Virus record (IMG/VR): IMGVR_UViG_3300022689_000474 | Span: 1 to 64,000 of that record | Length of the DNA stretch: 64,000 nt | From: a virus | Direction: 5' to 3' (one strand) | Shown here: positions 1-8,425 of the stretch, piece after piece | Numbering within the stretch: the first letter of the stretch is position 1 | Layout: every line of letters begins with the position of its first letter | Made by a program: the position numbers and the translations under genes | Notes under the pieces: generated by a model | What the model saw: the letters and a program-made list of their open reading frames with translations, nothing else | What the model was told of the DNA's origin: nothing | Databases searched by the model: none

Positions 1-504
1 TTAAGATAAATGAAATTTATTTATAACGGTCTCTAAATAAAAAGTACCATGTTCTGGAATGATAAAAGTACCCTTTAATAAAGAATATAAAGAACTATTT
101 AAATTTAAAGGTATAAAGATATCAAAACGGTCCCATATAATTTTAATATCTTCTGAATAAGAGTTATTAGTATTATCTATAATTACATCATATGAATCTT
201 CATATCTATAAGTATTAACTGTTAATAAAATAGAATCACCATCTAAAGATAAATTCCAATTAGAGACTTTTAAGTTAAATATAAAAGAATTATCAAAAGA
301 AATATTGATAGAATGATCTGTATAGATAGGAATAATATAAGGACAAATAAAGAAGATAGTTATATTATTAAAAGAGGAGAGATTAAAAGATAGAAGGTTT
401 TGTATATATAAATAAATATAATTAAGTAATAATTCATTATACTGAAAAGTATGTTGATAATCATGTATTAACTTTATAAAAGTTTGATATATAAAATTAT
501 CCAT
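1..504 (-). CDS. hypothetical protein
   Basis: 167-aa ORF abutting the next gene; no motif recognised. Confidence 0.5.
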   Translation of the reverse strand: MDNFIYQTFIKLIHDYQHTFQYNELLLNYIYLYIQNLLSFNLSSFNNITIFFICPYIIPIYTDHSINISFDNSFIFNLKVSNWNLSLDGDSILLTVNTYRYEDSYDVIIDNTNNSYSEDIKIIWDRFDIFIPLNLNSSLYSLLKGTFIIPEHGTFYLETVINKFHLS

Positions 505-942
505 TTAATAGTTCTCCTTTATTTTATCTCTAATTAAAGATATAAATTCTATTAACCAATCATGACCAGCATCCTTCCTAAATCCTTTAGAGAAAACATA
601 ATAATGACAAAAAGGTAAATAAGATTCTCTTAATAGTTGTATTAAATATTTATTATGTTTTATCTTACAGATAATTGCTTTTTTTATCTTTTTCTCAAAT
701 TCAAGTTCTTCATAAATTTTAGGTAAAGAAGAACCTAACTTTTTTGCTTGATAACCATGTAAGAATCTAAGTCTTTTATCTTTAGTTTGTAACCAATACC
801 AGTAACCTTCTATACTATAAAATTCACCATCTTCACATTTAAAAGGAGAATAAGAGAAATTACTTAAAAGTCTTCCTAATATAGTTTTACCTCTACTAAA
901 AATATTTATATGAGTAATACCATCTTCACCTTTAATTATCAT
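505..942 (-). CDS. NADAR-like protein of large phages
   Basis: LSNF..SPF...GEFYSIEGYW pattern resembles the NADAR N-terminus; AGGAGG SD upstream. Confidence 0.5.
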   Translation of the reverse strand: MIIKGEDGITHINIFSRGKTILGRLLSNFSYSPFKCEDGEFYSIEGYWYWLQTKDKRLRFLHGYQAKKLGSSLPKIYEELEFEKKIKKAIICKIKHNKYLIQLLRESYLPFCHYYVFSKGFRKDAGHDWLIEFISLIRDKIKENY

Positions 943-968
943 AAGTAGGACCTCCTATTTAATAATAA

Positions 969-1292
969 CTACCAAGTTATAGAATTAATAATATCTCCAT
1001 CTTGATTTAATAATTCAATACCTCTTAATGATTCAATTTTAAAATAATTACAAACTTGTAGACCACTTTTCTCTATAAGAATATAAGTTTCATTATATGA
1101 ATCATTCTCAAAAGTTATATTAGTATTTGAGGTCCATAATGGAGCATTCCCACATCTATATCCATGATTTAATCGAATTCTATATCCGGGTTGGAGTAAA
1201 CTTCTAATATAATTTATATCATTGATTTTATCTTCAACAGAAAAATTAGAAGTAATAAGAAATGATAAAAGAAAAAGGCTCAATTTATTCAT
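969..1292 (-). CDS. hypothetical protein, possible signal peptide
   Basis: MNK plus a hydrophobic N-terminus. Confidence 0.5.
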   Translation of the reverse strand: MNKLSLFLLSFLITSNFSVEDKINDINYIRSLLQPGYRIRLNHGYRCGNAPLWTSNTNITFENDSYNETYILIEKSGLQVCNYFKIESLRGIELLNQDGDIINSITW

Positions 1293-1303
1293 AGATTAGT
1301 TAT

Positions 1304-1651
1304 TTATTTACTTTGAACAGATAGGGGGTAGGAGTTGAAGGTACTATATAGAGGGTAATTAAAGGAAGTAGAATGACATATAATAAATTCAGATAAAGTA
1401 GGGAAATAAATAGCTATACAGTCAAATTTATTAATATTTAAATAACGGGTAATAGAGAGATATAAATATTTAGGGGCATGATAAATATTAGTATTATCTA
1501 TAAAAAATCCTTTAATAAGTAAAGGTCTTTTAGAGAGTAATTGATCTAAAAGTTTAGATTTATCTTTATTTTGTAATGAAATAAAAGAATGTTCTGTAGA
1601 AAAAGATAGAAGATCAAAACGTTGAAAAGGAATAATTTCTAACTCGCACAT
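1304..1651 (-). CDS. hypothetical protein
   Basis: ORF in a tightly packed co-directional run. Confidence 0.5.
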   Translation of the reverse strand: MCELEIIPFQRFDLLSFSTEHSFISLQNKDKSKLLDQLLSKRPLLIKGFFIDNTNIYHAPKYLYLSITRYLNINKFDCIAIYFPTLSEFIICHSTSFNYPLYSTFNSYPLSVQSK

Positions 1652-1682
1652 TTAAATTAGACCGAAGAATTTTAATATCAAA

Positions 1683-2129
1683 CTAATTAAGATGATAAGG
1701 TCTTTTATCTATATCTATAGCTGTTAACCAATTACGTTTATTATCATTTCTTATAACAATCATTCCTCTTTCAGCTATATTATTATCTTTTATGTTAGAT
1801 ATACCTTCATATGGTAATAATAAAGCTTCCATAAATCCTTCAGCCATAAGTAGATATTCTTCCTCTAGAGAATTACAATGTATATTAACCTTTATAAAAG
1901 GAATATTATTAATTTCTCCCCTCTCATAAGGAATATGCCAAGCTTCATCCCATCCAAGTTTACGTAAATCTTTTTTGATAGAAGGTAGAACATCAATCAT
2001 ATCAGAATCAAAGTACTGAGGAGAAGTAAGAGCTTTAAATTTTACTATTAGTATTTTACAACCACCAAGTATTTCGTCATAAATAATAGGAACTTCTAAA
2101 GAGTTGAAATCAGATTTTGTATTTACCAT
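1683..2129 (-). CDS. hypothetical protein
   Basis: 148-aa ORF. Confidence 0.6.
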   Translation of the reverse strand: MVNTKSDFNSLEVPIIYDEILGGCKILIVKFKALTSPQYFDSDMIDVLPSIKKDLRKLGWDEAWHIPYERGEINNIPFIKVNIHCNSLEEEYLLMAEGFMEALLLPYEGISNIKDNNIAERGMIVIRNDNKRNWLTAIDIDKRPYHLN

Positions 2130-2153
2130 ATTACAGAGTAGAATTATATTAGT

Positions 2154-2291
2154 TTAATTAAATAAAGCCCAAGGACAATTAGGTTTAGAACAAGCTTCAG
2201 TGATATATTCTTCACAAACAGTACAATAAATACTTTCTAAGGTAAGTAAATATAGAGGAACTATTTGAGAAATTTCAAGATCAAGTAACAT
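2154..2291 (-). CDS. small Cys-rich, putative zinc-binding peptide (45 aa; not in ORF track)
   Basis: Hand translation MLLDLEISQIVPLYLLTLESIYCTVCEEYITEACSKPNCPWALFN*; CxxC...Cx4C; fills the gap between neighbours. Confidence 0.55.
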   Translation of the reverse strand: MLLDLEISQIVPLYLLTLESIYCTVCEEYITEACSKPNCPWALFN

Positions 2292-2301
2292 CAGAAGTAT
2301 T

Positions 2302-2577
2302 TTAGGTATTAATGTTCAGTGAAAAGTAGCATCTATCTTGAAAGTAAAAGTGAGAAAATCTAGAATTAGTTTTTAATTCAGATAAAATAATTTTTATAAC
2401 ATTTATAGAGTTTTCATAAGAATAACCATTATCCATAATCACTTGAAGAATATAAGAGCAATTGATTATATCATTCTCACAAACATAAACAGGATAACTT
2501 AATTTCAAATAATCAATAGCTTCATACCAAACAAATTTTTTTAAATTAAGGTTGATGTTATTGTAAGATAATTGCAT
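2302..2577 (-). CDS. hypothetical protein
   Basis: ORF overlapping the ligase stop. Confidence 0.5.
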   Translation of the reverse strand: MQLSYNNINLNLKKFVWYEAIDYLKLSYPVYVCENDIINCSYILQVIMDNGYSYENSINVIKIILSELKTNSRFSHFYFQDRCYFSLNINT

Positions 2578-4540
2578 TTTCCTTTAAGAAAGATTCCCAA
2601 GTTAAAGTTTTAATACCTCTATTAATACAAAGATTTACTTTTTTCATAGACGGTCTATCTCCTATTATCAAAGCATTTATTTCGTAATTAAATTTATCAA
2701 GTAATAAGAAATGATCAGGTAGTAAATTCTTTATTTTCTTCTTACTATAATCATTAATTTTACCAGTAATATAAATCTTAATACGATTATTACTTAAAGT
2801 TTTAGGAGTATTGAAATTAGAACAAATATCAAAGACCTTTTTTAAAGTAGATCTATTTTGTTTAATATTCAACCATTGTAATATTTTATTAGCATTTATA
2901 TCTCCTATACCTTCTATATAAATCAACTTATCATAATTAAGAGATAAGAAAGATTCTAAAGTATTTATCACTTTACATAAATTAATACTATTTCTTAATC
3001 CAACAGAAGGAATATTTAAACTATAAATAAATCTATATAACTCTTTATCTTTAGCTCTATTAATAGAAGAAATAATATTAGAGGCTGATTTTTCTTTTAT
3101 ATTATCTAGTTGTATTAATATAATCTTTTCTAAAAAGAATATATCTAAAGGATTTTTAATGAGATTATGATCTACAAGTTTATCAATTAAAGAGGGTCCT
3201 ATACCTTTAATATCTAAACAATCAGAAGAACATAACTTTATTATATTTTGTTTTAATATACAAGGACATGATGTATTAACACAATAAGTCCTTTTATCAG
3301 ATTCTCTTATTAATACTGAATTACATGAAGGACATAATTTAGGCCAAGAAACTTTATTTAAAGAAAAATCGGTTCTTGAATTAGCAATGACTTTAGGAAT
3401 AACATCACCTGCTTTCTTTACTTTTATAGAGTCTCCTATATAAAGATCTAGAGTATTGATAAAAGATTCATTATGTAAAGTAGCTCGAGATACTAAAGTG
3501 TTATTAAGTGATATAGGATCAAATAAAGCAACTGGAGTTATAACACCAGAAGGACCAACTTGGAATATAACATCATGTAATTTAGTATATTTATATTCTT
3601 CTATATATTTATAAGCTATTGCCCATTTTGGATACTTATGAGTAAATCCCAAAGCATTAACTATATCATTATCATTTATTTTTATAACTGCTCCATCAGT
3701 AAGATAATTAATAACGTTTCTTTGAGTTTCCCAATTATTAATATGATCAATAAGACTTTCAATATCATTACATAAATAAGTATTAGAACAGATATTAAAA
3801 CCTAAACAAGTAAGTAATTCTACTTTATCTGATTGAGATAGAGTTATAGCTTCATAAAGAACATCATATGGAAAGAAATGAAGACCTTTATCTTTTATCT
3901 TATTCTCATCTTTAGAGTTAAGAACACTAGAAGCTAAGTTCCTGGGATTAGAAAATAGAGATAAACCTTGAGACTCTCTTAAAGAGTTAATATGAGAAAA
4001 GATGTCTAAAGGTATATAGATCTCTCCTCTAATTTCGATATGTGATGGTAAATGAGAAGGATAGTTATATAAATATTTTGGTATAGAGGTATATTTAGAT
4101 ATAATATCTGTGATAATAACCCCTTTATATCCATCTCCTCTAGTTCTAACTTCTTTGAGATGACCATTTATATAATCAATAGAGATGGCAGCTCCATCAA
4201 TCTTAGGTTGAAATAAATAAGATATCTTCTTATTAGTAAATTTAGAGGAGAGAGATGATATCCATTTATTTAGTTCTTCTATAGAATGTACTTTATTAAG
4301 ACTATACATCTTATTTTTATGTAAAGAAAATCTATCTGATTCTTCACATTTATATCCTACTTTCTTAGTAGGAGAATTATCACAAATATAATCTGGATAA
4401 CTTCTTTCTAATTCTAATAATTCAGAATATAAAGAGTCATACTCTTCATCTTCTATTAATGGTTCTCCTTTATAGTATTCTGAGTTGGCAGTATTAAGAA
4501 AATTAACGAGATATAATATTCTATCTTGATATATATTCAT
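2558..4540 (-). CDS. ligA: NAD+-dependent DNA ligase
   Basis: KIDG adenylation motif, TRGDG, EIRGE, DGAVIK, WAIAYK, RATLHN, C4 zinc finger, HhH repeats, C-terminal BRCT-like domain. Confidence 0.97.
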   Translation of the reverse strand: MNIYQDRILYLVNFLNTANSEYYKGEPLIEDEEYDSLYSELLELERSYPDYICDNSPTKKVGYKCEESDRFSLHKNKMYSLNKVHSIEELNKWISSLSSKFTNKKISYLFQPKIDGAAISIDYINGHLKEVRTRGDGYKGVIITDIISKYTSIPKYLYNYPSHLPSHIEIRGEIYIPLDIFSHINSLRESQGLSLFSNPRNLASSVLNSKDENKIKDKGLHFFPYDVLYEAITLSQSDKVELLTCLGFNICSNTYLCNDIESLIDHINNWETQRNVINYLTDGAVIKINDNDIVNALGFTHKYPKWAIAYKYIEEYKYTKLHDVIFQVGPSGVITPVALFDPISLNNTLVSRATLHNESFINTLDLYIGDSIKVKKAGDVIPKVIANSRTDFSLNKVSWPKLCPSCNSVLIRESDKRTYCVNTSCPCILKQNIIKLCSSDCLDIKGIGPSLIDKLVDHNLIKNPLDIFFLEKIILIQLDNIKEKSASNIISSINRAKDKELYRFIYSLNIPSVGLRNSINLCKVINTLESFLSLNYDKLIYIEGIGDINANKILQWLNIKQNRSTLKKVFDICSNFNTPKTLSNNRIKIYITGKINDYSKKKIKNLLPDHFLLLDKFNYEINALIIGDRPSMKKVNLCINRGIKTLTWESFLKENAIILQ

Positions 4541-4651
4541 TTTAATAACCTTTGGATACTTTCTTATTTTATCTTAGTCAAATCATGTCAATTCCTTTTA
4601 GTACTTTAATCTCTGTATAAGTTTAGATATACTTCTATTTCCATTTGAGTG

Positions 4652-4705
4652 AGGTTCAGTTCCTAAACTAAATAGCTTGAGAAGTTACTAAAAGGAACTG
4701 AACCT
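4652..4705. repeat. 13-bp perfect inverted repeat with 28-nt spacer
   Basis: AGGTTCAGTTCCT (4652-4664) / AGGAACTGAACCT (4693-4705), intergenic upstream of ligA. Confidence 0.85.
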
Positions 4706-4788
4706 TTTAATTAAAGAATACTTATAAGTAAAATAAATAGTCTATGTATTTTCTAGATATGAAAAATGAATGATTAATAGGTATAATT

Positions 4789-4953
4789 TTATATTTGACT
4801 TAATAAATTTTCTATAGCTCCTTTTTCAGTAATACCTATACCCTGTTTTAATATATTATTCTTATTAATAGAAGCATAATAAATACAATTATCAAATCTA
4901 ATATTAATAGTATAAGTTTTTCCGTCAATAGATTTAAATTTCTTAGAATACAT
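4789..4953 (-). CDS. small protein (54 aa; not in ORF track), weak HicB-like motif
   Basis: MYSKKFKSIDGKTYTINIRFDNCIYYASINKNNILKQGIGITEKGAIENLLSQI*; starts 2 nt after the ATPase stop. Confidence 0.5.
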   Translation of the reverse strand: MYSKKFKSIDGKTYTINIRFDNCIYYASINKNNILKQGIGITEKGAIENLLSQI

Positions 4954-4955
4954 AA

Positions 4956-5618
4956 TTATCTAATCTCTTGTCCTAAGCTTCTTAATCGAATTAGTCTATC
5001 TTTATCTAAATATATTATATTTATATTTTTATGTACCTTTTCTAATCTAAATAAGGATATAGTTAAATCAGATGCTTCATAAAATATAAAACTATCGAGC
5101 AGTTCTAAGTTATGTGTAGAGATACATAATTTATTATTATTTTCTATTGACAACTTATAGAGTATAGAAACTAAATGTTTATAGATAGAATAATGAAATG
5201 AATTTTCTAATTCATCAATAATTATAATTGTATCTTGATGATGTATTAAAGTTAAGAATATATTTATAAATCTAACTAACCCTTTACTCAAAGAATCATG
5301 ATTTATATTTAGATATATCTTACTATTATGAATAGATAGTAAAGAATAAGAATCTGGTAATATTTGTTTTAAAATTCCATTTATATCTTGTATAATTGTT
5401 TCAGATATAGATTTTGAGAGTTTAGTTGATAAAGAATATTTTAAAGGTAATAAGTCATTTAAATACACAGATGAATCTATATTTTCATTTATAAGTTTTA
5501 AAGCGGTGGATTTACCAGTACTATTACATCCTACAAATAAGTTAAATAAACTTAATTTATTAAGAACTAACTGATCAATAAATTCTATATGAGAATTATT
5601 TATAAGATCACCTACCAT
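4956..5618 (-). CDS. compact ABC-type ATPase (AAA_21/AAA_15-like)
   Basis: Walker A GCNSTGKST, signature LSKG, Walker B IIIIDELENSFH, H-loop STHN; a GGAGG SD favours the ATG at 5618 over the TTG at 5630. Confidence 0.85.
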   Translation of the reverse strand: MVGDLINNSHIEFIDQLVLNKLSLFNLFVGCNSTGKSTALKLINENIDSSVYLNDLLPLKYSLSTKLSKSISETIIQDINGILKQILPDSYSLLSIHNSKIYLNINHDSLSKGLVRFINIFLTLIHHQDTIIIIDELENSFHYSIYKHLVSILYKLSIENNNKLCISTHNLELLDSFIFYEASDLTISLFRLEKVHKNINIIYLDKDRLIRLRSLGQEIR

Positions 5619-5740
5619 TAAATCCTCCAAGTATCTATGCTTTCAGTTAATAATAAAGAATTTTAATTTAATATTTAATATAAAGTAATAATCTTTATTA
5701 TTCTTAACATAATACTTTTAGTTTTCTTAAATATATTTTA

Positions 5741-6532
5741 TTAAATGAAATGTAACATCTTATTACAGATATCATATTTACCACTCTTTTTATTACTATC
5801 ATCGAATCTAGAGATGTAATCTATTCTACCGTTATAATAGAAACCTATAAAGGAAGAAAAGATTAGACCTGCCATAAAGTTATTTATACTTAAGTTCTGT
5901 TCAAGATGTTTATCTATATCAATACTTTCTTTTAATTCTACAGTTCTAAATGTATTAGTATAATCATATTTAGGATAATGATTTCCATTAATATAAGCTG
6001 CGGAATAAACGGTACCTTTATTTAAATCATTACCTGCTGTTATAAACAAATAATCATGAAATAAATTCTTTTTCAAAGCGTTATAACAATCTAATCTAGA
6101 TTTGTTATTATCTACACAATTAAGACAAATGGTAAGAGTATTTTCATTTTTTCTATCTTGAAGTAAAGAAGAATACATTTCTTCATCAAGAAATTGATTA
6201 ATCAAAATACCTACTCTATTACTATATTTAAACAATTTACTTATTAAGTATTTATTAAAAACTTTATATTTTATATAATCTTCAATTATATATTGATCCT
6301 GTTTTATCAAGTAACTATTCTCAAGTTGATTAATAAATGTTTCACTCAAGAAAGATTGTCTTATTAAATTTTTTTCACTTATAATATCTCCATCTATAAG
6401 ATTAATATAACAATTCTGATATTCTTGTTTATTTAATTCCATTCCTAATAAGTTAAATAGTAATCCACCAGTACCACCTAAACCAATAAGATCTATAAAG
6501 ACGTTTGAGTAAGATTGATTAACAAAAGACAT
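5741..6532 (-). CDS. ThiF/E1-like adenylating enzyme
   Basis: IGLGGTGG, DGDxISEKNLIRQ, CVDNxxSR, AGN, QNLSIN..MA; GGAG SD. Confidence 0.9.
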   Translation of the reverse strand: MSFVNQSYSNVFIDLIGLGGTGGLLFNLLGMELNKQEYQNCYINLIDGDIISEKNLIRQSFLSETFINQLENSYLIKQDQYIIEDYIKYKVFNKYLISKLFKYSNRVGILINQFLDEEMYSSLLQDRKNENTLTICLNCVDNNKSRLDCYNALKKNLFHDYLFITAGNDLNKGTVYSAAYINGNHYPKYDYTNTFRTVELKESIDIDKHLEQNLSINNFMAGLIFSSFIGFYYNGRIDYISRFDDSNKKSGKYDICNKMLHFI

Positions 6533-6544
6533 ATTGAAATCTCC

Positions 6545-7351
6545 TTATTTACATGTAATTATAGGTTTAATATTAAAATCAGACATCTGTGAACCCCTAT
6601 ATTTTTTAGGTACAAACTGAGATATTTCAATTAATCTTAAGATATTAGGATGAAATAAAATATTATTACCATGAGGATCTTTATATAAAACTTGTCTATC
6701 ACCAGTATTAGAATGATCAATAAGTTTATCTAAAAAGTTAAAATAATATCTCTTACCAGAATAAGTAAAGGAACCTAAATGTCCTAAATTAGGATAACTT
6801 TCAGTAGATTGATTATTATCATCTAAGGAGTTATAAACTAATATATGAAAACCTGGTTTAAATAATTCATCATCATCATCTTGATGACTAAATTTACTAA
6901 GACCCATAGGATGTAGATGACTGTCCCCTATTTTTTTATAATCACTCAATATATAGTCATTATTAGTAAAATCTTGTCCAGTAGAAATATCACAGAATAA
7001 AGATTGGTGAGTAAAAACTGATACTGGTGTTATTATTTGTTTAGGGATAAAAATTTTCCAAGTATTATTAATAAAATTATAGTAAAGATGTATACAAATT
7101 TCATTATTAATATTCAAGAAATATGTATATAAATCTAATACTATATACCATAAACTCAAAGGCATTTTATTAATTTTAGGGTCTAGTACAAATATTGAAG
7201 AAAAAGAACTATTAATTCTTCTTATAGATAGAGTTTTATCTTTTATAAATTCCAACTCAAGGTTTATCTTTTGTAAGAAAGTACCTGCTCCTGCTATATA
7301 TATATTTTTATAATAATTATCTTGTTCATCTTTAAGAACCAAATGACTCAT
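6545..7351 (-). CDS. JAB/MPN+ metallopeptidase (prokaryotic deubiquitinase-like)
   Basis: Upstream E (NNEICI), PKQ, then GDSHLHPMGLSKFSHQDDDDE, matching HxH...S..D. Confidence 0.85.
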   Translation of the reverse strand: MSHLVLKDEQDNYYKNIYIAGAGTFLQKINLELEFIKDKTLSIRRINSSFSSIFVLDPKINKMPLSLWYIVLDLYTYFLNINNEICIHLYYNFINNTWKIFIPKQIITPVSVFTHQSLFCDISTGQDFTNNDYILSDYKKIGDSHLHPMGLSKFSHQDDDDELFKPGFHILVYNSLDDNNQSTESYPNLGHLGSFTYSGKRYYFNFLDKLIDHSNTGDRQVLYKDPHGNNILFHPNILRLIEISQFVPKKYRGSQMSDFNIKPIITCK

Positions 7352-7375
7352 ATGTAACCTCTAATGAAATAAAGA

Positions 7376-7406
7376 AATAGACCTTCTAATAATAAGAAGG
7401 TCTATT
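7376..7406 (-). terminator. intrinsic terminator-like hairpin between the Ubl candidate and JAB
   Basis: AATAGACCTTCT-aataata-AGAAGGTCTATT, followed by a T-rich tract on the - strand. Confidence 0.7.
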
Positions 7407-7443
7407 AAAAGAACAAAAAGTTAAGGAAAAGGGAGTAAACTAT

Positions 7444-7854
7444 CTAACCTTTACTTTCCGTCAAATCCCAAACTTCAATAGAATCCAGAGAACCTTCAGG
7501 GAACTCTTTATACATTGCACTAAAGATATCTTCGTGCAACTGAACTTCTAATGCTTCAACACCTCCATTAGTTCTAATGATAATAGCAGTTTGTAAGATA
7601 CGTCCCACATTGATGTTCAGTAAATCTTGGTAATGAGAATAGATACCAAACACAGACCTCTCATTCAGTTCTTTAAGTTCATCAATTGAAACTACCTGTT
7701 TATCGTAGAAAGTAAAAGTATGTAAAGTAATAGGATTCTTTACTTCTACTGGTGCTTCATTATCATGCTCATTCATTGAGAGAATTAAAGCTTGTTCTAA
7801 AGATTTGAGAGTCTCTTCAGAAGTCTTGATTTCCTTATCAAGAATGTAAACCAT
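7444..7854 (-). CDS. putative ubiquitin-like (beta-grasp) protein ending -ESKG
   Basis: C-terminal Gly after a terminal strand; first gene before JAB and E1; AGAGGA SD favours the ATG at 7854 (136 aa) over 7944. Confidence 0.55.
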   Translation of the reverse strand: MVYILDKEIKTSEETLKSLEQALILSMNEHDNEAPVEVKNPITLHTFTFYDKQVVSIDELKELNERSVFGIYSHYQDLLNINVGRILQTAIIIRTNGGVEALEVQLHEDIFSAMYKEFPEGSLDSIEVWDLTESKG

Positions 7855-8024
7855 TTTTTGATTCCTCTGTATTAAATGAAGTTGATTGTATATTTCTAGC
7901 CTCACGACTAGAATTCCTAGGCTGATTATATATAAAATAATCATGTCCTTTTAGAAGTTATCTAAAAGCTCCATAGGCGTAGGTTTAAGACACCGGTTTC
8001 GAAGTACCCTTCGTACCATATATA

Positions 8025-8417
8025 TCATAAATCTAAATGAGTTAATATATGATTTTTAGATATAATTGAATGATCAAATTTTAAGTCAAGACCCCTTTTT
8101 TTAAGAAGGGCTATGATATAGTAATCAGAATTATAAAAATGTATTTTATATATATTTAATAAAGATAATAAATAATAATAATCATCAAGTACTAAAGAAG
8201 AATTCCAAGTTTTATAATTTATAAAAGTAATATTATTATCTAAAGAATAATGTATACAATTTAAGTTTGATTGACCTGTACTATATAAATGAAAAAAAGA
8301 GGAATTGTAAGAAGCTAATATCAAAGAGATATAAACATTTATATCTTTTAAGTTTAAATCTTCTAAATATAAACCTTCTTTAATAGTAATTATTTCATCA
8401 AATTGAGTTCTATTCAT
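8025..8417 (-). CDS. hypothetical protein
   Basis: 130-aa ORF. Confidence 0.5.
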   Translation of the reverse strand: MNRTQFDEIITIKEGLYLEDLNLKDINVYISLILASYNSSFFHLYSTGQSNLNCIHYSLDNNITFINYKTWNSSLVLDDYYYLLSLLNIYKIHFYNSDYYIIALLKKRGLDLKFDHSIISKNHILTHLDL

Positions 8418-8425
8418 TTAAATAA

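Noticed and set aside
7855-7944. Hydrophobic N-terminal extension of the Ubl candidate in the ORF track
   Set aside because: An SD precedes the internal ATG at 7854, so the extension is probably untranslated leader
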